A DNA stretch of 64,000 nt from Octopus sinensis (lineage: Eukaryota): contig NC_043013.1 in the NCBI RefSeq assembly GCF_006345805.1, forward strand, positions 10,788,001 to 10,852,000. The letters are read 5' to 3'. The position numbers were made by a program, and so were the translations under genes. The notes under the pieces are model-generated. The model was not told where the DNA came from. It saw only the letters and a list, made by a program, of their open reading frames with translations, and ran no database searches. Positions 27,123 to 38,769 of this stretch are shown here, piece after piece (within the stretch, counting starts at the first letter, position 1; each line of letters begins with the position of its first letter).

Positions 27123-27506
27123 TGGAGGCGCAATGGCCCAGTAGTTAGGGCAGCGGACTCGCGGTCAGAGGATCGCGGTTTCGATTCCCAGACCGGGCGT
27201 TGTGAGTGTTTATTGAGCGAAAACACCTAAAGCTCCACGAAGCTCCGGCAGGGGATGGTGGTGATCCCTGCTGTACTCTTTCACCACAACCTTCTCTCAC
27301 TCTTACTTCCTGTTTCTGTTGTACCTATATTTCAAGGGGCCGGCCTTGTCACTCTCTGTGTCACGCTGAATATCCCCGAGAACTACGTTAAGGGTACACG
27401 TGTCTGTGGAGTGCTCAGCCACTTACACGTTAATTTCACGAGCAGGCTGTTCCGTTGATTCGGATCAACCGGAACTCTCGTCGTCGTAACCGACGGAGTG
27501 CTTCCA
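27123..27506 (+). mobile_element. tRNA-derived SINE family A, full length
   Basis: Near-identical to 21914-22296. Confidence 0.9.
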
Positions 27507-27559
27507 CCAAAAGTGAGTGTAGTTGTCTTAATGGACACGGTACACTATATAACTCTAGT

Positions 27560-28595
27560 ATTATCCATATTGGAAGACACAGCATATTATGTAAAGGTCC
27601 AACACCACAGTCAGCAGAAAATAATGAGAAACCTAAAACATATGTTAAATCCATACAGAGAAGGGCTCACTGAGAAGGAATACGTTTATATGACTAACTT
27701 CAAAAGTAAATCCAGTCAATTTTACGATATTTCTAAGATACGCAAAAGTGAGAAAATAAGTAAGTCATGCAGGATAGCCACATACATAATAATGAAGGTC
27801 CCTACATCAATGACATCTAATTAAGACCTCTTTTGGAAGGTCCGCATGCGAAACCCACCGCCTCAGTAACGTTTTAGATACCCTCTTAAAACTATTCCTC
27901 AAGCATATCAGAAGCTACATAAGGGATGACCTAGACATGCTCAATCACCTCCCTAAAACAATGAACAAAAACACCCTACTAGTCTCCTTCGATATATTCA
28001 AAATCAATTCTAATATCTCCCACAGCCTAGTAATAGAAGCAATTCATTTCTGACTAGAGAATTACTCCAATGAACTCCCACATCGCATCAAAAAGAATGC
28101 GTAATATAGTAGGGCTGAAATTCATCTTGGAGAATAGCTACTTTTTCTTCAAAGAGAACTTCTATCGAAAAAAAATCGGGTACTGCAATGGTTACAAGAA
28201 TGGCACCCTCCTTTGCTAACCTAGTCATAGAATATCTAGATATCAGCCTTTCTCGTAAGGTACTAGAACACTATAGCAACCCTTTCTCCTGGAAGCGGTA
28301 TCTGGATGACTATTCGATTTTTTAGCATGAAAGTATAGAAAGACTTAAAGTATTTCAAGCACTTATAAATGGACTTAACATAAATATCCAACTTACAATG
28401 GAATATAACCATTAACGACTTCCATTCCTCGACATCCTCATTAAGAAATCAAACAACATAGAAACATATATACTATAAGCTCACGGACACACAAGCAAAC
28501 CTACCGTTCAACTCATGCCACCGCAGACATACTAGAACGAATATCCCTTTCAATCTGGCAAAAAAGATTTGTACTATAGTTTCTAATACAAGCAC
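27560..28595 (+). mobile_element. Penelope-like element reverse transcriptase remnant
   Basis: SQFYDISKIRK, LLVSFDI, GTAMVTRMAPSFANLV, WKRYLDDY, RLPFLDILI, YYKLTDTQANLPFNSCH across frameshifts and stops. Ends at (TTC)n. Confidence 0.8.
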
Positions 28596-28607
28596 CTTCT
28601 TCTTCTT

Positions 28608-28639
<32 letters not shown>

Positions 28640-28700
28640 ATGTATGATATATGTGCGTGTATATATATATATACACACGCACATATAAAGTTTATATATA

Positions 28701-28897
28701 TTCTTTTGTTTCTGTCATTTGACTGCAGCCATGCTAGAGCACCGCCTGTAATCGAGCAAATTGGCCCCAGAATTTATTCTTTGTAAACCTAGTACATATT
28801 CTATCGGCGCCTTTTCCCGAACCGCTAAGTTACGGGGACGTAAACGCACTAGCATCGGTTGACAAGTGATGCTGGTGGGACAAATACAGAGATACAT

Positions 28898-28938
<41 letters not shown>

Positions 28939-28986
28939 ACGCGCTTCTTTCAGGTTCCGTCTGCCAAATCCATTCACAAGGTCTTG
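28701..28986 (-). mobile_element. SINE family B lacking its head
   Basis: Tail and body match 861-1150. Confidence 0.8.
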
Positions 28987-29734
28987 GTGTGTGTGTGTGT
29001 GTGTGTAGGTATCTTCCAAAGTCTCTGTCTCTCATTGTCTGCATCTCTCTTTCTTTACCTCGCTCTCCCTCTCTCTCTCTCTATATATATATATGCGTGT
29101 GTGTGTATGCGTATGTGTGAGAGAGAGGGAGGAGAGGGAGGAAGGGGGAAAGCGAGTGGGAGGGAGAGAGAGGGAGAAAGAGAGGGAGAGAAAGATGGAG
29201 AGAGGGTGAGTCTGTGTATATACTTATGCATGTAATTATATATCAATGTATATACTTTAACTACACATGTATGCGCGAGTGCTCGTGCGCTAAATATAGA
29301 AAGCTCAATGACTAGAAAAATATTTTTAATGCGTAGCCGAACCGAGGAACCGAGATAAATAAAATTTACAAGTAAAGGAAACATCAAAACAATAATGATG
29401 TACAATACTTATGGGCAGGGAATAGTAAACAACCCGGCAGAAGAAAATAGAAATGTTATTTGTTACAACAATATTTAGAATATTGGTTTTGGCCATTAAT
29501 TTTATATATTTAGTTCATGTACTTTTAGAACTAACCAGTACGTCAAGAGATAGCATATATATATACATACATACATATGCATGAATATACATACATACCA
29601 TACATACATGTATATATATATATATGCATACATACATTCAAAAATATATATATGCATAAATATATGTGAATATCTTTACTTATCAAAGTCTCTTTCTCTC
29701 TCTCTCTTTGTTTCATACACAAACACTCTCTTTT

Positions 29735-29778
<44 letters not shown>

Positions 29779-29886
29779 TCTCTTTCATTCTCCTCTCTCT
29801 CTCTCTCTCACTCTTCAAACATATATATACATGTGTATGTTAGCCACTTCACGCATTTTTCCCCTCCTTGTTTTTTCTGTGTCCCC

Positions 29887-29920
29887 TTTCTGTAGAAGAG
29901 CGTAGGCTCGAAACGTAAAA
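29887..29920 (+). ncRNA. Variant hammerhead candidate (gamma-1 copy) in element 29830-30012
   Basis: TTT-CTGTAGA A-GAGC GTAG GCTC-GAA-ACGT-A-AAA. Flanks match 24400-24550. Confidence 0.55.
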
Positions 29921-30009
29921 CCCTTTTCCTATTCCTGAGCGTTATACTAATACATCTGTTTGTTTTGTACACCACCTGTCTTCTTCCTTTGTGTTTTTTC
30001 GTAAACTCG

Positions 30010-30061
<52 letters not shown>

Positions 30062-30135
30062 ATATGTGACCTCGTGAGTACCACTGGCGATTTTTTTCCT
30101 CTGTCTTCCCTTCTCGGGATCTTTCCTTCTCCTAT

Positions 30136-30170
30136 GTTTCCGACGAAGAGCTCCTCTCGAAACGTTAAAC
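30136..30170 (+). ncRNA. Variant hammerhead candidate (gamma-2) in element 30068-30268 between (TA)n arrays
   Basis: GTTT-CCGACGA A-GAG CTCCT CTC-GAA-ACGT-T-AAAC. Confidence 0.55.
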
Positions 30171-30268
30171 CTCCTTCTTCTCTTCTTCCCTGAGCGTCCA
30201 ATAATACTTTATTTGTTCCACGTCCTTGCGTTGTTGTGTTTTTTTGGGTTTTCTTGTTTGGATTAACT

Positions 30269-30349
<81 letters not shown>

Positions 30350-30357
30350 TACATATA

Positions 30358-30700
30358 CAGGGTGCGAAGAATAAACTGTCGTCTAAGTTACGCAAAAATG
30401 AAAATAACAATGATATCTCATTTCAAGAGATATATTTACCAAAATTACATAAAAATATCTTGAAATACTATATTAAAGAATGAATTTATTCAATAAAATC
30501 ATCATTAAAGCCGAAGCTGTTGCAGTATCTGGTCATGCATCACGACGGTACAAGTTCTTGTAGTATTTTCCAGATGTACATCCTGTCTTCGTTCTAGGAA
30601 GTAGATTCTTAATTCTTTTAATCTACCCCAGTAGCTGATATGTCGTGTTGAGACGATCTTCTTAGTGTAGCCTCGCCGGATCACTTCAAGTTGCATCGTT
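30358..30700 (-). mobile_element. Tc1/mariner-like terminal fragment
   Basis: TA followed by a CAGGGTG terminus. The minus strand has a weak transposase C-terminal-like ending (..FNDDFIE*). No second TIR was seen. Confidence 0.4.
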
Positions 30701-31133
30701 AATTTTACACTGTTTATATACATATGTATATGAGTGTATTTCCGTGTTACTGTGTGTGCCTTATCATCTGTATGCAAGTGTGAGTGTACCAAAACGCATA
30801 CGTTGGTGTGAGTATATAAATATATACAGAGATGCATTATGATTTGTTAAACATAAGTCTATGAAAGGTTTGCTAGGGCACATAATCCACGCAGCACAAA
30901 GCTATAAAATTATGCATTAAAAAAATGACACCGTCACTTTACCTAAAGAAAATTTATTGCTGGTAGTGTATAAACAACGCAAGCAAGCAAGAAGTATCAT
31001 ACAGACTCCAAAAGAACACTTGTGCATGTATGTCTATCACAGCTGTTGCTACGAGGCGATTGGCTCACTGTTCAAACAGCATATGTGTGTATGTGTGTGT
31101 GCGTATGTATGTGTGTACGTGTGTGCATATGTG

Positions 31134-31187
<54 letters not shown>

Positions 31188-31884
31188 TGTGTATGTGTGT
31201 GTGTACGAGTGTGCATATGTCTATATATATATGTGTCTGTGCTTGTGTGTATGTGTGTGTTTGTGTGTATGTGTGTGTTTGTGTGTCTGTGTGTGTGTCG
31301 TGGAAAGTGCACAAACGCATACACTCGTTCTAAAGTCTTGGAGACAAATCACCCAAATATACGCGGACACACTAATATTACATGTAGTGGTGGACAGTAA
31401 AATTATATTGTTAAAGTATATATATATTCACAAAATGTCTAAAATTGATGGGTGAATATTTGGCTGAATCGAATGCGCATTGAGCCGAGCCGTGTAAGGG
31501 CTGATTTGTGGGTTCGGTTCTGGCTGGCGTTTGCGCATCAATTTTCAGTCAATTATGCATATATAAATGTCGCTTTAAATCGTAGTAGGTTATGGCGGTG
31601 TTGCTGTTTCCAAAGTTTTATTCCCGTCTCATTATTATTAATTTTTCTTGCGTCTCTACCAACTGATGGATGAAGTAAACAATCTACATAAAATCTACAT
31701 ATTTTATCCAACCTCACGGCAGCAAAACCGTTCAGAAATTAAATAACACAAACATTTTCAATAAATTTAAGTTATACTCGATAACTTTTAGTTCTACCAC
31801 TTTTAAATATATCGCTCCCGTTTAAAACCTCTTACTTACTTGACAATTGCATTTCTAGCTCAACCTTCAAGGAATCTTTACTTC

Positions 31885-32105
31885 TTCGAATCACTTTTTT
31901 GTGCGCAACGAAATTGTTAAACCCCCGTTAACAGCTCTGTATGCAGGTTTCACGCCGTTTTCTTTCACATACGGATAAAAAGCATCGTATGCAGGTTTCA
32001 CACAGTTTTCTTTCACGCACGGATAACTTTTTCACTGCAGACCGTAATGGTTAGAAACACATTATATCAGTGGATAGATTAAGAAAAGGCCTTCATAGAG
32101 AAAAA
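31885..32105 (+). mobile_element. Gypsy LTR-retrotransposon integrase C-terminal remnant with a 48-bp tandem duplication
   Basis: SNHFFVRNEIVKPPLTALYAG and FTADRNG*KHIISVDRL..AFIE resemble HVFVR..KPLxxPYxGP / VSxDRLKPAF. Duplicated 40-mer at 31939-31978 and 31987-32026. Confidence 0.6.
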
Positions 32106-32227
32106 CTGTCCCCACTGCAGACGACACAAACAGAGCATTACAAACCCGGACCGCACACCCACCTTCACATTCCATGACTACCATTGGGATCAATCAGGTA
32201 GCGGACAAGGATTCTAGATTATTTTTC

Positions 32228-32437
32228 TCACTCTCTTTAAGCTTTTACTTGTTTCAGTTATGTGACTGAGGTCATGCTGGAGCACAGCCTTTAGTCGAGC
32301 AAATCGACCCCAGGACTTATTCTTTGTAAGCCTAGTACTTATTCTATCGGTCCTTTTTGCCGAACCGTTAAGTTACGGGGACGTAAACACACCAGCATCG
32401 GTTGTCAAGCGATGTTGGAGGGACAAACACAGACACA
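32228..32437 (-). mobile_element. SINE family B 3' half
   Basis: Matches 861-1060 and stops at the internal microsatellite. Confidence 0.85.
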
Positions 32438-32899
32438 CAAAGAGTAGTAGTAGTAGTAGTAGTTCGTCGTTGTCATCATCATCATATTCATCATCATCAT
32501 CATTATCATCATCAAAATCGTTTGAACGTCGGAAAAAAATGATTTGTGGTATTCTAGCACTTTTTTGATGCCGAATTCTGCCAGGGATAATTTTGATTCC
32601 AACCCTACAGGCTCGATAATGTAGTATACCAGTCAAGTACTTGGGATTTATTGGATCTATTAACCCATCCCTTCAAAATATCAATCATATACCTGCGAAT
32701 TTGCAGGTTGAACAGTCGGACAATGCCTTATAGTATTTTTTCCGGCATTTCAATTCAATTCCTGCTGATATCAACTTTCCTACTGAGATCCATGAGGTTC
32801 GAAAAAATATAGAACTAGTAAAGTACTGGGAACGATGCCCTTTCCTAACCCCATCCTCAAAATTTTTGCCCTTCTACCAACTTTTGAAACTATCATCAT

Positions 32900-33239
32900 T
32901 TTTATTATTCCTTTTAACTCAGGTTTTGTTGGAACACTAGGAATCTTGGTACCGGCGATCTCTTTTTTTTTTCTACGATCTAATATTTCCCTGATTATTC
33001 TGGGTGTGCGAAGGAGACAAACCTTTTGTAACAGTTCAACTGGGCACTCTATTCTGATTCCTTTTATATATATACCTCTTCATGACTTGTGATACTGGCC
33101 CCGTGGGCCCAGCAAAAGTTGACAATATCTGCACATACTTCATTTATCATAGCCAGACTACTTCATACTTAAGATAATTATACATGTCTATATCATCACC
33201 ACCATCACCGCCGCCGCCACCGCCACCATCACCACCACC

Positions 33240-33273
<34 letters not shown>

Positions 33274-33720
33274 TCACCCACCACCACCACCCCCACAAAG
33301 ACGTTCTATATCTGCCTTAGGGTGGTGCATTCTATGTATTGTCAAAACTTTTCGTATTTTCCACTCAAGATTACATAATTCAGTATTTGACCAGTTAATG
33401 ATATTGAAACTGCAAATTACGACCGGTATGGCTAAAGTAGTGACCGCATCAATCCTGTTCCTTGCATTCAGCTCTCTCTTGAGTATTACCCTTACCTTGC
33501 GATACCATTCTCTTCTGATCCTTTCCCTCATAACTGAATGTTTGATCCCGTCCCCGTCAAATACACCCTAGGTATTGGTAGCTCTCCTCTGGTTCTAACT
33601 CATTTATGACATTCTGCTGGTCAAGATTAATGTTGGATGTTCCTTTAATTTTTCCTTTGATAAAGGTTGCTTTTGCACATTTATCGAGGCCAAATTTCAT
33701 TCTGATGTCATCACTGAATT
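32900..33720 (-). mobile_element. Internally deleted R4/Dong-like 3' fragment
   Basis: REWYRKVRVILKRELNARNRIDAVTTLAIPVV..FNIINWS..HHPKADIERL, and C-terminal ELLQKVCLLRTPRIIREIL. Interrupted by (CAC/CAT)n near 33190-33290. Confidence 0.7.
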
Positions 33721-33726
33721 GTTTAC

Positions 33727-33729
<3 letters not shown>

Positions 33730-33786
<57 letters not shown>

Positions 33787-33809
33787 TATTATTATTATTA
33801 TCATCATCA

Positions 33810-33842
<33 letters not shown>
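33730..33842. repeat. (AAT)n switching to (TTA)n between two R4-like remnants
   Basis: Direct inspection. Confidence 0.9.
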
Positions 33843-33843
<1 letters not shown>

Positions 33844-36800
33844 GCAGATGTACTATGGTGTCAGCTGTTCACTACCAGTGAACTAAGGTAACAACCCTTA
33901 TTTTTCGAGTACCATCCAGAGAATTCGAGCGGTTCCAAGCAGTGTTGTTTTCTGCAAGTGCTTCACCCTTATTGCAGCCGCCATTTGTCCCAGTTACTTC
34001 TCAAGATTTTTACTCGCAGTTCCCAGGATTTCAAAAATTATTGATACTACCACCTTTTTCATCGACCACAAATGCTTAACCTCCCAAGCTAATCTGTCAT
34101 ATCTATCGACTTTTCTTTCTTCCTTATCACATACCTTGTTAGCTGCGCATGTTATATCTATGATCCAGCATCGTCTGTTTTCTTTTTCAATTAACACAAT
34201 GTTTGGTTACCTGTTGTCTACCTCATGGTCGCACTAAATCGTAAGATCCCATAGGATCTTTGCATTATCATTTTCGATGATGCCTTCGGGTTTATGCTCT
34301 TACCACTTTTTTGCTTTGTGAAGTCTGTACTTGTTGTAAAGTGTCCAATGGACAATCCTTGCTATGTTGTCATGACGTCTTTTTATATTCTTTCTGTGCT
34401 AGTGGCGTACATTGACTGGTAATATGTTATACACTTCCACCATTTCATCCACCAAATCTGCGCTTATCACTTTCCGATATGTTACCTATTCTGTATTTGA
34501 AATAATTAGATCTTAATGCTTGCTCTTGGTCAGCACAGATTAGAGCCTATGTTTCCGGTTTTAAATCACTTTTAGTTATCCATAACCATCTTTTTTCTCT
34601 GTTTGTCTTATCTTCAATATCACTATGAATTTGTCCATGCATTCTTTTCTTTATCCACCTATTTTCAGTTTCATTCATTCTCAAGTGCTTGTACAGTGTC
34701 TAATCTTTGCAATCTTCCATGTTACACAAGCCTGACATTCTTACTTCCAATAATAGCAGTTCTGTGGCATTTTTTACATACCATGCTATGTTGTTTTCTT
34801 CTGCCCTAATGTTGTGTTCGCATCCAGTCATTCCTCTTCCACTCCCTTTTTATGGTGCATGCTGTCTTTCTGTGTCATTTATGGATAGAGTATCAGCAAC
34901 GTCCTTGTTTTTCTGTGTAGTTCATCTTCTGTCCGTGCGATTACCCCTACTCCATATCTAAGAAGTGAAACCGCCCAGGTGTGATAGCTTCAATCTTATT
35001 CCGTCCGTTTCATTTCGACTTAAGAATCACTCGGCGCAAGTACTCCACGTTAATTTTTCTGTCATTTCTTCCTCCATCAATTTATCCATTTCCAGTACCT
35101 CCAAGTATTTATAGCTCGTCTGTTCTGTTTGATTCATTACCTCCCCCGAGGGCATCACTAGCCCGTCCATACATTTAATTTTGTCGCTCTTCAAGATTAA
35201 CACACCTCACTTTGTCAGTCCGAACTCCATTCTGATATCAGCACTGAAAGTACACACCGTATCAACGAGGGAACCGAGCTGGAATTCATGTTTACCACAA
35301 AGTCTGAGGCCATCCATGAATAAAAAATAGTCGACATTTTGTTGGTGGCTCTTGAACACACACCCAGACATTGCTTTTTTCAGAAACAGTGTTAGTGTTA
35401 TTATGCACAGTACAAAGATCAGTGGGGACAGGCAGTCCACTTGGCAGATTTCCTAATTTCTATTGTCTCTAATTTTTTTCTATATGCTGTCAGGTCCGTC
35501 TTCCAATTCGCCATTCTTTTTCCTAGCAATCGTTCAACATTCGATGCAATACGTTCATACATTCCATAATCCAAGAATGTGCAATCGTATCGTATGCGCT
35601 ACGATAATCGATCCATGACAAGACTAAGTTAGTTTTCCTCCTCTTGCAGTTTTGTATACCAGGAGTTGATCCTTGGTACCTCTGCATTTACGCTTGCATC
35701 CTTTTTGCTTATGTGGCAGGACTCCATTTTTCCAGCTGTCCGTACATTGAATCTGCGACTATTCCTGTCAATAATTTCCACATTAGTGGCAAGCAGGATA
35801 TCGGCCTGTAATTGTATACCGTATTGCCTTTCTCAATGCTTTTCAAGCACAGCACTGCCCTACCCTTATCAACCATTTGGTCGGTATTTTAAAAATGTTG
35901 AGTTGTGCAGCTATTTCTTCATGACATTCACCAAATCTTTTGATCCAGTAACCTTGAACTCCATCTGGTATTGAGGTTTTCCAGTTGCCCATTTTTTGCT
36001 GATTTCCTTCACTTCCCTAACGGGAAGGACTAATTCTGCCTGTTGTGGACAATCTACTGTTTGTTTCAATTCTTATAAACATTCAGTATCCTTCTTGTGC
36101 TCCAGATGTCATTCCAAAACTTTTGACTTACAATGTTATCTGGCATCAACTTTTCATCTGTACACTCTCCATCTATTTTTTCTCTTCTGATCTACTCTGA
36201 ATAACCTATTCTGCTGGTATCCCTTCATCCTTTGGGCATATCTTACCACCTTTTCTTTCTTTGCAACGAAACGTTTTTTCAGTTCCTCCATTACCACTTT
36301 CAGGCCCTTTCTTTCAATATATTTCTTATTCAGTGCCCTGTATTATTGTTCGTTTTTAAGCACCTCCTCCTCTTTTCGGTTATAACACAGAAATGTCCTT
36401 CGAGAGCGTATCTAACTCCGTCTGTAATCATCTTTTCCACCATGGATCTTATCTTTTGTCTCTTCCATAATATTTCTTCTTCTTTAAATCAACACCGATA
36501 TTTTCTGCTACAACAATACTTACTGCTTTGATCAAATTATTTGTTTCTGTGATGTTTTATGATCCGATGTATTTCAGAATTTCATTCACATTTTTCGTTT
36601 CTTGGTTCTTTTCCACCGATTAACCTTTTTAAGGTTGCAAAATAATGTCGCTATCGTTCTCCCGTAGTTTTGCCTTCATTCTGTCGTAGATTGCCTTTTT
36701 CCCATCTGTCATGTCACCATTAGTTTTATTGTCTTCTTCCATACCATCTATATGTCTCTCATCGTGCAAGCTATCACTGTTTCTTTCCCGGAGTTTATTA

Positions 36801-37200
36801 GAGATCTCACCTTTGTTTCCTGCACTGAGATTATGTTTATCAGTAAGATCTGTATTTTCATCGTTTCTTTTGCTGTTGTCTTCCAATACCCGTCTTTTAG
36901 TAGCTTCGAGCTCTACTTCTGTGAGCCAACGATGTTTTCTTATTGCTCCAGCTTGATCACATAATCTCTGTTCCGTGAGTTGAAACAATCTTCTTTCTCT
37001 CCATTGATCATAAATGCGTTGTCGGTATCCCCTATTATGGGCACCATTTTCGTCTACATGGTTCCACATGTAGTGACACGCCATGAGCACAGCATTGACT
37101 TGTTTGTTCAATCTACTCCTTGTGTGCTGCTCCATTGTTGGATAACGACAGGCTGGAACCATACCAGTATCTCTGGTTATTATTTACTCCGTTTTCATAT
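33843..37200 (-). mobile_element. Degenerate near-full-length R4/Dong-clade non-LTR retrotransposon (RT + CCHC + restriction-like endonuclease)
   Basis: N-terminal RGYRQRIYDQW..LTEQRLCDQ; GDCLSPLIF; FLFMDGLRL (YADD site); LKPETEALICADQEQALR; CTPLAQKEYKKRHDNIARIVHW; IEKENRRCWIIDI..KEERKVDRY. Many stops and frameshifts. The 3' end abuts (TTA)n. Confidence 0.85.
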
Positions 37201-37384
37201 AAATTAATACCACAATATGAAACACGTTATGCTATGATCTACTATATTTTGGTATATAATATACACGATTAATATAAAATCATTTTGTAAAATAAGATTA
37301 TTCGTTATTAAATTATTGCCTTATCACTGTACGGTATTATGTATTATTAAATAGTTTGATATATAATATGATATATAATATAAA

Positions 37385-37770
37385 CTAGCAGTATCGCCCG
37401 GCGTTGCTCGGGTTTGTAAGGGAAATAACTATATAAGTTGTAAAGTATAATATCCATCTCAATATGGCTAACCACAAAGGGGGGGGTGTTACTGTAGCTT
37501 TTTACATTCTGAGATTTAATAATAAATTTTTAGAGAGTTACTTCCCTTATATATGCCAAAACTGCATTAAAAATGGGAAAAATTGATGGTAAATATTTTT
37601 TTTAATCGTAGACTCATCGTAGACGCGCGCTAATACCCAGAAGGGCTCGATATGAATCACGACTATAAGATACCCGGTTTTGGTTAAACTGCACCGCAAT
37701 ATGCGGGAGTAGTTAGGAATCTAAATCGTAGGAGACGGACAGCACACAACCTCTATTTTATATATAAAGA
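37385..37770 (-). mobile_element. Complete non-autonomous Helitron (386 bp)
   Basis: Minus strand: A|TC start (37771|37770-37769), subterminal hairpin cccgagcaacgccggg (37412-37397), CTAG|T end (37388-37385|37384). No TSD. Confidence 0.8.
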
Positions 37771-38317
37771 TATAACTATAATAACCTTATGTATTAATAT
37801 TCATGAATATCATTACTTGACAGACATCGTTACAATACACAATATTAGCATTAGTACTTAACTGCATGTCAATACGTTCGTTATTGGAGACGGTAGTATA
37901 TGTATTGGCAACAAAGTACGAACGCCTTTCCTTCCCAACTTTACCCATCACTGTAAATCATTATTTATGATTGTATATGAAACCATTATTTCATTTCCTT
38001 CCGTTTGCGTGACTAGGTTTAGAATATATTCGAATCTATTGGCTACTGTCTTTTTGCTTTAGTAAAACAAAGACGTGGTTATATGAAAGTTATATGTGAT
38101 CTATATGTAAGTGTTACGTGTAGAGGATGTAAGTGTGCGTGGGTGTACTGAAAATTAGGCTGATATCGATAAGAAAAAAAAAGAGATAGTCATACGGTTT
38201 CGATTCTAATTTAAGACGTGTCTCTACAGCACCCCTAGGTTACCTAAAACCCTTGACCACTTTAAAATATTTGCTGTATCATTACGAAAATATATAATCT
38301 TATTATTGTTATTATTG

Positions 38318-38362
<45 letters not shown>

Positions 38363-38388
38363 TATTATTATTATTATTATTATTCTTA

Positions 38389-38700
38389 TTTTCCTCTTCT
38401 TTCAAATTTGCTTCCATTTCTTGCCGAGTGTCTTCCCGACTCCTAGGGCAAAGAAACTCATAGTATACATTGGTAGGCCATTAAACTAAACTCACTAGTT
38501 CGTTCATTTTTTTTTTTTAAGTTAAATTAAAATACATGGGTAGTAATAGTTCTCACATCGACAATGCTCTTCTCAATACGTGTGATGTACCAGTTAAGAT
38601 AATCTTTTGCACTTCTTGCAGGGATGGTAAGCCAGGGATCATTCTCATATAATTTTCGGTTCCCTTCTTGATCATTCCGAGTGCTCCTACGATCACTGGT
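38389..38700 (-). mobile_element. Short 3' end of a young R4/Dong-like element between (TTA)n arrays
   Basis: TIPVIVGALGMIKKG..LQEVQKIILTGTSHVLRRALSM* plus 3' UTR. The UTR is nearly identical to 41495-41653. Confidence 0.8.
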
Positions 38701-38769
38701 ATTGTATTATTATTATTATTATTATCATTATTATTATTATTGTTATTCCTTCGTAACACAGTGTAGGTA

